A stretch of DNA of 32,000 nt from Ktedonobacterales bacterium (GCA_030167145.1 CP126532.1:4530001-4562000); one strand, 5' to 3'; shown: positions 7,615-15,946, counted from the stretch's first letter. Notes: generated by a model from the sequence alone, not told the origin. A program made the numbers and translations.

Positions 7615-8352
7615 ATGTCTGTAGACTCCGGAAATCCTTCCAACAATCCTCTCGTGCCCCTTGAAAGCACTGTTGCTACCGAACTTCTCGATGCTCATCA
7701 TGCCAAAGAGGGCGATCATCTCAACATTGAGGCGATGCTCGTAGAAGAATTCAAATATGCGCGTGAAACGGCGATGCAATCTAGCCAGGATCTGATGCGT
7801 ATTTTTGACCGGTATCTCGTCCTGGTTGGTGGCGCGGCGGTGACATTTGTTGGAGCGACCTACCAATTAAATCAGATCGGAGCGAAGACTGATTTTCTGC
7901 CTCTTATCGCCGCATCAATGATGACAATTCTCGGATTTTTGGGCATTGTCTTCTTTATCGTCTTGATTCGGATTCGCCAATCTACACGCGAAAGTATGAT
8001 TACCATGAGTGTGCTCAAGGAGCGCTACCTCCAGGAGTTTCCAGAGTACGCTCGATCTTTTCGTTGGCGTTTGACTACGGTTCCCGCTGGTGCGCGCGTG
8101 GGGGGTGTCGTATATCTGGTCTGCACAACCGTCGCGTTTGTTGATAGTTTGTGTTTCGGTGGTGGCGCATACCTACTGTATCAAGACAAACTCGGCGCCA
8201 CTCTTCCCACCTTCATATCCTGGCAAGCGGAGTTATTCGCTGCAATTATTTGCGTTATCGCCCTTTCACTCCAACTCGTGTATTTCACATATGCGCTTAG
8301 CCGACGGCGTGGCAGCAAGATGATCTTGAAGGCCAACCAATTGAACTGGTAA
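7615..8352 (+). CDS. 4-TM membrane protein, paralog of the C-terminal module of the preceding Nudix fusion
   Basis: It aligns by eye with residues about 235-450 of the upstream protein. Shared motifs are MLVEEFKY/MLMNEFNY, GATYQ/GAIYQ, IRIRQ/VRFRQ, FRWRLTTVPAG/FGWRLNTIPAG and LVCTTVAF/VVCTTVVV. An AAAGGAA RBS precedes the start. The sequence is visibly more A/T-rich than its surroundings. Confidence 0.8.
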   Translation: MSVDSGNPSNNPLVPLESTVATELLDAHHAKEGDHLNIEAMLVEEFKYARETAMQSSQDLMRIFDRYLVLVGGAAVTFVGATYQLNQIGAKTDFLPLIAASMMTILGFLGIVFFIVLIRIRQSTRESMITMSVLKERYLQEFPEYARSFRWRLTTVPAGARVGGVVYLVCTTVAFVDSLCFGGGAYLLYQDKLGATLPTFISWQAELFAAIICVIALSLQLVYFTYALSRRRGSKMILKANQLNW

Positions 8353-8373
8353 TGACCTGAGGCGTGGAAGGTG

Positions 8374-8547
8374 CTAGGCCATTATATCTTCCGCGCTTGC
8401 CTCTTCCGCACTCGCCTCTGCCATATTCGCGCCTTCCTCGCGCACGCGCGCCAGGATGCCTGTGCGGTCGCGCAGCGGCGCGCCGGAGCCACCGCGCCGC
8501 CACAGGGTCAATTCGGCGGCGATGGCCAGCGCGATCTCGTCGGGGGT
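8374..8547 (-). pseudogene. detached duplicate of the 3' end (last about 57 codons) of the xdhC-family gene
   Basis: In the xdhC reading frame it would read TPDEIALAIAAELTLWRRGGSGAPLRDRTGILARVREEGANMAEASAEEASAEDIMA*. It has no start codon or 5' part, and its upstream end abuts the vapC stop codon. Confidence 0.75.
8387..8547. repeat. direct repeat, copy A (161 bp, of which the 132-bp core 8416..8547 is identical to 9437..9568)
   Basis: Base-by-base comparison shows the 132-bp core is identical. The distal 20-29 bp differ by one substitution and a 9-bp indel (gcactcgcc). The plus-frame track translations 8371.. and 9371.. share CHIRAFLAHARQDACAVAQRRAGATAPPQGQFGGDGQRDLVGG. Confidence 0.95.
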
Positions 8548-8550
8548 GTG

Positions 8551-9021
8551 CTAGGGTGCATTTTGCGCAGGCGCCCAATGGACACGCGACTCGTGTTTCC
8601 CCACGCTATTGATAAATCGCTCATCCCCAGTCCAAAGCTCAATATCTTCCAGTTCGGCGAGTGCGAGATACATCATGTCATAGGCGCGCTGGGTTTTATG
8701 CGTCTTTGCTAGTTCCCATGCGCGCAGGTGCAGATCATCGCGATCAATCCGCGTAATTCTCAAATCATTGAAAGACGAAAACGCACGTTCTCCTTCTTCA
8801 GGCGTAAGCTTGCCTGTAGCAACACGCAAGCGAATGACCGAGGTGACTTCGGCATACAAAAGGGCAGGACCTACAACGTGTACACCCGTACTGGCCCAAC
8901 TCGTCCATAGGCTTTCGGTATTGGGATCGCGCTCGTAGGGCAAGAGCAGATGCAACACAAGCGAGGCGTCCACGCAGAGTCGTATTTGGTTTGGCGCATT
9001 GTTCTGGAGTGCGGTAGGCAT
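8551..9021 (-). CDS. vapC: PIN-domain toxin VapC
   Basis: The 156-aa product has PIN acidic residues in context: CVDASLV, LYAEVTSV, AYDMMYLALA and LWTGDERF. Its ATG overlaps the upstream antitoxin stop (ATGA at 9021). Confidence 0.85.
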   Translation of the reverse strand: MPTALQNNAPNQIRLCVDASLVLHLLLPYERDPNTESLWTSWASTGVHVVGPALLYAEVTSVIRLRVATGKLTPEEGERAFSSFNDLRITRIDRDDLHLRAWELAKTHKTQRAYDMMYLALAELEDIELWTGDERFINSVGKHESRVHWAPAQNAP

Positions 9022-9308
9022 CAGGCGTGATTTCCCTGATGTGCAGACTGGTCGAGTTCGTTGAGCCGCCCGTCACGAACCATGTCCAGGTCGTCCTCCA
9101 CCGAGCCAAAAGATAGGCCATCGGTGAGCAGCCGAGCGCGAATGCGTTCCCGCGCTTCTATCGTTCGGCGAACCGTCTCGACACTCAGTCCCTCCGTATG
9201 TGTCTTGCGCAAGACAGTGGGGAGCGCATCCAGAAGCTCAGTGCGCTCGTCATCAGTAAGCTGCGCGATTTCTTCTAGCATGCGATGTACACGTATACTT
9301 GCCATCAT
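9021..9308 (-). CDS. vapB: VapB-type antitoxin (addiction-module component)
   Basis: The product is 95 aa starting MMASIRVHRMLEEIAQLTDDERTELLDALPTVL. GGGAG lies upstream. It overlaps vapC by 4 bp. The longer 167-aa track ORF extends into the repeat and is Arg-rich nonsense. Confidence 0.7.
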   Translation of the reverse strand: MMASIRVHRMLEEIAQLTDDERTELLDALPTVLRKTHTEGLSVETVRRTIEARERIRARLLTDGLSFGSVEDDLDMVRDGRLNELDQSAHQGNHA

Positions 9309-9403
9309 CAGTCTCCCTTGCCTGGTAGGTAATACCACCATTCGCTTGTGCCATACGGGTCTATCAGGCAGTGTCTCCGCACATGCTACCACAGATACCG
9401 CGC

Positions 9404-10267
9404 TCAGATAGCCGCCTCTTCCGCGCTCGCCTCTTCCTCTGCCATATTCGCGCCTTCCTCGCGCACGCGCGCCAGGATGCCTGTGCGGTCGCGCAGCGGC
9501 GCGCCGGAGCCACCGCGCCGCCACAGGGTCAATTCGGCGGCGATGGCCAGCGCGATCTCGTCGGGGGTTTCCGCGCCGAGGTCCAGCCCAATCGGCGCGG
9601 CCACTCGCGCCAGGTCGTCCGGGGCAACGCCTTCGCGCAGCAGTGTGCGGAAGATGACGCGCACTTTGCTCTGGCTGCCGATCATGCCGATATAGCCCGC
9701 AGTGGTTTCAAGCGCGGCGCGCAGCGCATCTTTATCAGTGCGGTGGCCACGCGTGACGATGACGATGGCCGATACGCTATCGGGGCGCTGCTCGCGCAGC
9801 AATTCGGCAATCTCGCCGGTCTTGGTGATGACGCTGCCAGGGGTGTGAGCCGCGCGCACAACCTCGGTGCGGTCGTCCAGCAAGGTGACACGCCAGCCGA
9901 GCGGAACCGCGAGCCGGGCCAAAGCCTGCGCGACATAGCCCGACCCAGCGACCAGCAAGCGTGGCTCAGGGCGTAGCGGCTCGGCGAAGATTTCCAGCGT
10001 CGCGCCGCAGCTTCCCACGCTCTCGCCGGTGTCGGGATCGAGGTGATAGGTGAGCAGTTCCGGCTCGCCCGCCGCCAGGATTCGCAATCCGTCTTCACGG
10101 GCGCGCGCATCTGTGGATGCGCCCTGGAGCGTGCCGGTGAGGCTGCCATTGCCGCGCACCAGCAGGCGTGTGCCTGGCGCACAAGGCGCGGCGCCATGGA
10201 CGCGGACGACGGTTAGCAGCGCGACTGGCTCGCCGTGGGCGAGGGCGGCGGCAATCTCAGAGAACAT
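9404..10267 (-). CDS. XdhC/CoxI-family accessory protein (molybdo-enzyme maturation factor family)
   Basis: MFSEIAAALAHGEPVALLTVVRVHGAAPCAPGTRLLV is the N-terminal XdhC domain. LLVAGSGYVAQALARLAVPLGWRVTLLDDR is the Rossmann domain. An AGGAGG RBS precedes the start. Confidence 0.85.
   Translation of the reverse strand: MFSEIAAALAHGEPVALLTVVRVHGAAPCAPGTRLLVRGNGSLTGTLQGASTDARAREDGLRILAAGEPELLTYHLDPDTGESVGSCGATLEIFAEPLRPEPRLLVAGSGYVAQALARLAVPLGWRVTLLDDRTEVVRAAHTPGSVITKTGEIAELLREQRPDSVSAIVIVTRGHRTDKDALRAALETTAGYIGMIGSQSKVRVIFRTLLREGVAPDDLARVAAPIGLDLGAETPDEIALAIAAELTLWRRGGSGAPLRDRTGILARVREEGANMAEEEASAEEAAI
9417..9568. repeat. direct repeat, copy B (inside the intact xdhC-family gene 3' end)
   Basis: See copy A. 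The two copies are offset by 1021 bp. Confidence 0.95.
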
Positions 10268-10521
10268 GGCTAGCCTCCTACTTATCGCGATTCCGCACGC
10301 ATCCGCACTCCATAACTTCCCTTTCTATAGTCTACCACCAGCGGCAATGCGTGTGGGTGGCCCGGATCACGCAAAGTGTGAGGTACGACCAGCACAGGAG
10401 ACTACTGCGCGCATGGCTCATGCGTTATACTGAGTAGGCATGCGCTATCGAGAAGCGTGCGCTGTGATATGAAGCATGATAGCAGGCCGGGAAGCTGGCT
10501 GGCGGGAGAGAGAGACGGGGA

Positions 10522-11148
10522 ATGCGGGAAGCGCTCAACTATCAAGCACGGAGGCGTGCGGTCCGGCTGGCGACGCTGGTGATCTGCGCGGCGGCGCTGG
10601 CGGTGACGTTCGCGGGCTGCAATCTCTTCGGCGGGTCTTCCAGCAGCTCGAACGACACCTCATCGGCGCTCACGAAAATACCGTGGTGCGATAAGCCATT
10701 CATTCAATTTGTAGATAGCACCTCTGCCTCGCAGACGCCGATCACCAATTGGGATGCGGTTAAAGGGGAGCTGGGCTTCACGCTGTACCTGCCGCCCTCG
10801 CTGCCCAAGGGCACGTGCCTGGTGCTGGCGGGTGGCAGCATCCACGATGCGATCTACGGCGCGCACGTGAGCATCACCTGGGATGTGCCCAACACCGGGC
10901 CGATCAGCCTTTCGGAGGCGCCGGTGCGCGGCCAGGGTAGTGTGGCGCTGCAATGCACGGCAAGCGCGCAGAACACGCAGACCAACGTTTGCCTGGGCAC
11001 ACACGACGGCACGAGCGTCACCATTGCCTCGCGTCAATCCACTGCTGACCTGCAAACGCTCTTCAAGTCGCTCCAGCCAAATCTGGATTGGGTACCGAGC
11101 GACACGAATCAACTGCTGGCGACGCCGTCCGCCACGGCGGGCAGCTAG
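10522..11148 (+). CDS. putative secreted lipoprotein (DUF4367-like)
   Basis: The signal peptide has a lipobox: LVICAAALAVTFAGC. It is followed by a Ser-rich linker. Confidence 0.65.
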   Translation: MREALNYQARRRAVRLATLVICAAALAVTFAGCNLFGGSSSSSNDTSSALTKIPWCDKPFIQFVDSTSASQTPITNWDAVKGELGFTLYLPPSLPKGTCLVLAGGSIHDAIYGAHVSITWDVPNTGPISLSEAPVRGQGSVALQCTASAQNTQTNVCLGTHDGTSVTIASRQSTADLQTLFKSLQPNLDWVPSDTNQLLATPSATAGS

Positions 11149-11201
11149 CCCGCCCCTCGCATTACGCCTCGCCGAGCCAGGATTACCCGCAACAGATTGT
11201 C

Positions 11202-11849
11202 CTAGATCGTCAGCTTGCCGAAGACGATCAGCGCGACCACCACCAGTACGATGCCGCCGACGACGAACGGCTCGACGCGACTGCCGGAGTGGAAGCGCCA
11301 GTTGCGGTTGGGCGGGAAGCCGAAGCGCGTATGGTTGGGCCAGAGCCACGGCACGCCGCCATACGTGAGGCTGTCGGCAAGGATGTGCAGGAAATAGCCG
11401 AGCAGGAAGGCGATGAACACGACGCCCACACCCGACGCGAGCACCACGCCCGGAGCCACGCCGACGCCGAGCTTTTCGGCTACTGGCACATAACCCAGCC
11501 GGTAGAACACGAGGCCGAGCGCGTATTGCGCGGCCCAGACGATTGCGCCGACCATCGCCAGCCCAAGCAGACTGTGAAACAGAGTGCGATGTCCGGCGAG
11601 CTTCTGGATGCCCTTGCTGACGAATCCCGCGCGCTGGCCGATGGTGCTGCGCGCGTTATCTATGTCGGGCGTGAGCGCGCCCAGGGCTACCGCGCCATAG
11701 AAGACGGCCTTCAGCAGCACCACATCCGTAAACTGACGCGGGTCGCTGGTAAGGCTACCGCCAAGCAGCGATGCGCCGGTAATATGAAAGAGGCTGTCGG
11801 CGACAACGGCGCCCGCCAGCCCAAAGACTACGTGAGATGGAGCCTCCAC
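11202..11849 (-). CDS. membrane-bound metal-dependent hydrolase, YdjM/DUF457 family
   Basis: The protein is multi-TM with His-containing motifs (SHVVFG, HRTLFHSLLG, FLHILADSLTYGGVPWLWP). It uses a GTG start with AAGGGGG upstream. Confidence 0.75.
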   Translation of the reverse strand: MEAPSHVVFGLAGAVVADSLFHITGASLLGGSLTSDPRQFTDVVLLKAVFYGAVALGALTPDIDNARSTIGQRAGFVSKGIQKLAGHRTLFHSLLGLAMVGAIVWAAQYALGLVFYRLGYVPVAEKLGVGVAPGVVLASGVGVVFIAFLLGYFLHILADSLTYGGVPWLWPNHTRFGFPPNRNWRFHSGSRVEPFVVGGIVLVVVALIVFGKLTI

Positions 11850-11879
11850 CCCTACCCCCTTTATCCGAACGATTTGGCT

Positions 11880-12206
11880 CTATTCAGGAACAGCGACGTA
11901 GATATCGTCGCCCTCTACCCGCACGGCGTAGGATGGCACGTCGTCGCGCGCCGGGCCACGCAACACTTTGCCGGTACGCGCATCGAAGCGCGCCAGATGC
12001 ACCGGACAGGTGAGCACGCAGCCCGCCAGTTCGCCATCCGAGAGCGCGCCGCCGATATGCGGACAATCGTCGCTGACGGCGTAGATCGCGCCATCCACGT
12101 TGGCCAGGCACACGAGCTGACCCGCAACCTCGACACGCGCCAGCGCGCCGGGTGGGATGTCGCGCACCCGCGCTACTTTGACGAACGCGCCAACGATTTC
12201 GCCCAT
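11880..12206 (-). CDS. Rieske [2Fe-2S] ferredoxin-type protein
   Basis: The Rieske motifs CPHIGG (CxH) and CPVHLARF (CxxH) are present. The start is at M13 of the ORF. The gene ends 30 nt upstream of the ydjM-like start, so the two are probably co-transcribed. Confidence 0.85.
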   Translation of the reverse strand: MGEIVGAFVKVARVRDIPPGALARVEVAGQLVCLANVDGAIYAVSDDCPHIGGALSDGELAGCVLTCPVHLARFDARTGKVLRGPARDDVPSYAVRVEGDDIYVAVPE

Positions 12207-12477
12207 ATGCCTCTCTGCCCTCCTCACCGGCTGTGCTCGCATTCTACGCTACCCAGCGCGTGCGCTCAAGCGGCGGGAAGGAAGGGATAGTACCTTGGGC
12301 GCATGGGGATCGGACTGAGTATGTCTGCCCTTTAGCATAGCAATTTCGCGGCGACATCCGCGGGAGGTAAAATAAGGCGACCGTCGCGCGTCACGAGAAT
12401 AGCGTACAGTGATGATGGCTAGCCTCCAGGTAGCGGCATATGTTGCCTGCGGGGTAAGCTCGAAGGAGCGTAGTTCC

Positions 12478-14316
12478 ATGTCTGCCCAGCCACCCGCGCC
12501 ACCCAGAACACACACATCAACGCGCCGGAAGAAATCCAGTAATCGTGAGGTTGTGCGGGCGCTTGTGGCCGTGGTCATCGTACTGATCTCCTCGGCCTCG
12601 TGCTGGGAGATCAGCAGGCTCATGGGCGCGCTCGACAGCAACGTTTATGACCCTTGCGCGTGCCCACAGGTGCTGCACGTCGCGCTGAATGGACATGGGG
12701 CCAGCGACATCACCACGCTCGACCCCAGCGCCGTCGGCGTCGCCGACGCGAACTCGCTTACCGCCGTCAATCTGGTCTTCGACAGCCTGGTGACGCTGGA
12801 CGCCCATATGCAGGTTGTGCCGTGGGGCGCGAACAAGATCACCATCAGCCCCGATGGCCTGACCTATACGTTTCGCCTGCGTCCGGGGCAACATTTCTCA
12901 GATGGCGCGCCGATGCACACCGCCGACTATGCCTACACCTTGAACCGGACGCTGGATCCCTGCTATGCCGCGCCGTCCGCCGTGAGCATGCGGCTCTGGG
13001 CCATCAAAGACGCGCAGACCTACAACCAGCAGCGCTGTGTGAATGGGGTAATTTCGCCAGGGCCTCATCAGCGTGGCGCACCGATTTCGACACTGCTCGG
13101 CGATTCTATCGTGGCGGATGAAAAGGCCGCGACGCTGACGATCACGCTGGCGCGGCCCGCTGGAAACTTCCTTACGGTGCTGGCGACAGGCGCGGGATAT
13201 GCGCTGGAACAGAGCGCCGTCACAGGGTCGGATCTGGGTCGTGACCAGGAATGGACCAACCAACTCGCCGCCAAGACCTCTCGCAAGCCGTTGGGACAGG
13301 GCGGCAGCGGTATGTTCTACATAGACCGCTGGGACCACCAGGGCAACCTGATCCTGAAGGCCAACCCACGCTGGTGGGGCGTGCGTGTGGGCAAAAAACC
13401 GATTCTGAGCGAAATAGATTTCAAGATCTATGCTGACCCAGCGGACGCCTACGCCGCCTACACCACCGGCGAGACTTACGGCTACCTCAGCGACGTTCCC
13501 GCGGACTATCTCGCCGATGCGCGGAAACTGGCGGATTTCCAGACTATGCCGTTGCTACAGGTGCAGGCGATCACGATGAACTGGCAGATCGCGCCCTTCG
13601 ATAATCTCGACGCGCGGCAGGCGTTCTGCCTGGCGCTGAATCGCGACGCGCTCAACACCGCCGTCTTTGGCGGCGCGATGTTGCCAACCTGGCATCTCGT
13701 GCTGCAGGGGATGCCCGGCTACAATCCCGCGCTCACCGGCGTTGACGGCGTAACTGCGACGAGCGGCGATCTGGCGCGGGCGAGGGCGCACTGGGCGGCG
13801 TACAAGTGGTCGCTGCACGGCAAACCTATGCCCGCCCTGACGTTCACCTACGCGGCGCAAGAGCAGACCACCGATGCCACCGCCCAGGCATTCGCCAGCG
13901 CGGTCGTCGCGCAATGGAACGCGGCATTCCCCGACGCGCATCTGCGGGTGAAGATCATTCAGCAGCCGCCTGGAAGCACCGTTCAGACGGCGCAACTGGC
14001 CTACTCCACGCTCCTGGCGGACTATGCCGACCCCGATACGTTCCTGAGCCGGTTTGCCCAGGGCAATGACCCGCTGCTGAAGCAGGCCGAGGCGAGCGAC
14101 GATCCCGCGACACGGCTGGCGCTCTTCCAGCCGGTGGAGCAGCGCATAGTACAGCAGGTGTCGGCCTGCGCGGTGGCGCAGGGGCAACGGTTCTTTCTGG
14201 TGCGTGGCTGGGCACGTGTTGATGGCGGCTCAGGCGGGTCCACATTACTGACGGAGAACGGCTTCGGCATCATCTCGAACGATGTCTGGTATCGCGTCTA
14301 TCTTCAAGCGCATTGA
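12478..14316 (+). CDS. ABC-transporter substrate-binding protein, family 5 (peptide/nickel type), with N-terminal membrane anchor
   Basis: NLVFDSLVTLD...ISPDGLTYTFRLRPGQHFSDGAPMHTADYAYTLNR is typical of SBP_bac_5. The start is chosen at ATG 12478, with AAGGAG upstream. A TM segment VVRALVAVVIVLISSASC is present. Confidence 0.8.
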   Translation: MSAQPPAPPRTHTSTRRKKSSNREVVRALVAVVIVLISSASCWEISRLMGALDSNVYDPCACPQVLHVALNGHGASDITTLDPSAVGVADANSLTAVNLVFDSLVTLDAHMQVVPWGANKITISPDGLTYTFRLRPGQHFSDGAPMHTADYAYTLNRTLDPCYAAPSAVSMRLWAIKDAQTYNQQRCVNGVISPGPHQRGAPISTLLGDSIVADEKAATLTITLARPAGNFLTVLATGAGYALEQSAVTGSDLGRDQEWTNQLAAKTSRKPLGQGGSGMFYIDRWDHQGNLILKANPRWWGVRVGKKPILSEIDFKIYADPADAYAAYTTGETYGYLSDVPADYLADARKLADFQTMPLLQVQAITMNWQIAPFDNLDARQAFCLALNRDALNTAVFGGAMLPTWHLVLQGMPGYNPALTGVDGVTATSGDLARARAHWAAYKWSLHGKPMPALTFTYAAQEQTTDATAQAFASAVVAQWNAAFPDAHLRVKIIQQPPGSTVQTAQLAYSTLLADYADPDTFLSRFAQGNDPLLKQAEASDDPATRLALFQPVEQRIVQQVSACAVAQGQRFFLVRGWARVDGGSGGSTLLTENGFGIISNDVWYRVYLQAH

Positions 14317-14442
14317 TCCGCGCGCATCTGCAACCGGTGTGGCGCATCAGGTGTTTCACCAGGGTAGAGCAGAGTAGAGCCATTGTGTGCTGGTTTGCCT
14401 CCCCTGCTGTAGTCGCAGAGCCAAGAGAAAGCGCGTTGCCTG

Positions 14443-15333
14443 ATGCCCACAACGTTGATTCGCCTGCCCGGCCCGCTGGATATTCCCGCTTCGCTGGAGA
14501 TGTTTCGTCGCGCGGGCGACGACGGCATTGACCGCTGGGACGGCGAACAGCTCGTGCGAACGCTCCAGGTATCGGGGCGGACGGTAGCCTATGCCTGCGC
14601 TGTCGCGGGGACGCTGATTGAGCCAGCGCTGACGCTGCGCGTCGAGGATGAACGGCATCTGCCGCACATCGAGCGCGCCGTGCGCGCCATGTTCTTCGCT
14701 GCGCCGCCAGCATTCGCCGCGCTGCTGACCGCCGATCCAGTGCTTGCGCGGCTGGACGCGCAGTATCCGGGGCTGCGGACGGTGCGCCAGTATGATCTCT
14801 GTGCCGCGCTGGTGCGTTGCATTAGCGCGCAGCAGGTGAATTTGCGCTGGGCGGCGACGACGCGCCGCCGTCTGGCCGAGACATTCGGCGAGCAGCATGT
14901 GGTAGATGGGCACACGGTCTATAGTCTCAATCCGGCGCGGCTGGCGAGCGCATCAGTGGAGGCGATTCGCGCGCTGCAATTTACGGTGCGCAAGGCGGAA
15001 TATGTGATTGGCGCGGCGCGGGCGGTTACGGATGGCACGCTCGATATCGCCACGCTCGACACGCTGCCCGATGATGACGTGATCGCACGGCTCACAGACC
15101 TGCGCGGCATCGGACGCTGGAGCGCGGAGTGGATTCTCGCCCGCACCCTCGGACGTCCTCGCGTGGTGGCGGGTGATCTGGCGGTACGCAAAGCGGTGGG
15201 AGCGGCCTATCTGGGGCATTCGCTGCCACCCGAAGACGAGGTGCGCCGCGCGACAGCACATTGGGGCGCGTCGGCGGGCGTCGCGCAGACGCTGGTATTG
15301 CAAGGCTACAGTGGTGGTGCGCTGGCAACCTGA
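14443..15333 (+). CDS. alkA: DNA-3-methyladenine glycosylase II-like HhH-GPD base-excision enzyme
   Basis: The helix-hairpin-helix LTDLRGIGRWSAEWILARTLGRPRVVAGDLAVRK includes the catalytic Asp context. An AlkA-like N-terminal domain is present. Confidence 0.8.
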   Translation: MPTTLIRLPGPLDIPASLEMFRRAGDDGIDRWDGEQLVRTLQVSGRTVAYACAVAGTLIEPALTLRVEDERHLPHIERAVRAMFFAAPPAFAALLTADPVLARLDAQYPGLRTVRQYDLCAALVRCISAQQVNLRWAATTRRRLAETFGEQHVVDGHTVYSLNPARLASASVEAIRALQFTVRKAEYVIGAARAVTDGTLDIATLDTLPDDDVIARLTDLRGIGRWSAEWILARTLGRPRVVAGDLAVRKAVGAAYLGHSLPPEDEVRRATAHWGASAGVAQTLVLQGYSGGALAT

Positions 15334-15354
15334 CCAGCACATCCTGGCAGGCCC

Positions 15355-15750
15355 TCAACGTGCAATTTCGACGTAGTAGCTGGCTGGATTGACTGGATCA
15401 ATCAATACTGTAATCGGCGAGCCAGCGGTATAACGGCGGGCGTCGTCCTCATCCTGGGGAACACTGCGAAAGGTGTGCAGCACACCTGTTTTTGGGTCCA
15501 ACCACTCCGCTTCTATATACCAGTGATCCACATAGGTAGCGGGTTGCATGACGCCGGGCGTCGCCGGATTCATGGGCACGCCACCGCCCGTCTGATGCCG
15601 TTCATGCGTGACATTCGTTACCGTCGCCACCACGCGCGTTCCCGAATGTCGCAGCGTGCTGATTTCCTGACGCTGGAGTAGTGCCTGGGCAACGACTAAG
15701 CAGATGATGACAGCGATGAAAAGGAAGAAGAGGTCGAAGGGTTGTCCCAC
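15355..15750 (-). CDS. DUF3592-like single-pass membrane protein
   Basis: The N-terminal TM segment LFFLFIAVIICLVVAQALL is followed by a beta-rich domain (GTRVVATVTNV...WYIEAEW...ITVLIDPVNP). It uses a GTG start. Confidence 0.6.
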   Translation of the reverse strand: MGQPFDLFFLFIAVIICLVVAQALLQRQEISTLRHSGTRVVATVTNVTHERHQTGGGVPMNPATPGVMQPATYVDHWYIEAEWLDPKTGVLHTFRSVPQDEDDARRYTAGSPITVLIDPVNPASYYVEIAR

Positions 15751-15917
15751 CCTTGTGCCGCCTTTCGTCGCGCTCCATGATGTAGATGATGATCAGCCTA
15801 TCATTCTTTTGAGAATTTGCAATGCGTAGTGTGGGGTAGAGTACATCCCAGAAAATCTACTGAATGACCAAACGCATGCCGTCATGGGTAATGACGAGGG
15901 TTCGCGTCTATGTTCTC

Positions 15918-15946
15918 TTGTGTTGCGCGCAGTGATACGCTACAAT
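15918..15946 (+). promoter_or_regulatory. candidate sigma70 promoter for the zinc-ribbon/PKD gene
   Basis: TTGTGT (15918..15923), a 17-nt spacer, then TACAAT (15941..15946). It sits in an A/T-rich 290-bp divergent intergenic region. Confidence 0.4.

Noticed and set aside
8353-9416. Looked for an integrase, transposase or terminal inverted repeats to explain the vapBC insertion.
   Set aside because: No such ORF or inverted repeat was found between or next to the direct repeats. The element is therefore reported only as a repeat-flanked cassette, not as a defined mobile element.
9021-9524. The 167-aa track ORF as the antitoxin gene, and the related ORF 8297..8578 (-).
   Set aside because: The N-terminal 72 codons (RWLRRAAARPHRHPGARARGRREYGRG...) are an out-of-frame read-through of the xdhC repeat. 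A GGGAG RBS and the MMASIRV start at 9308 give a typical 95-aa antitoxin.
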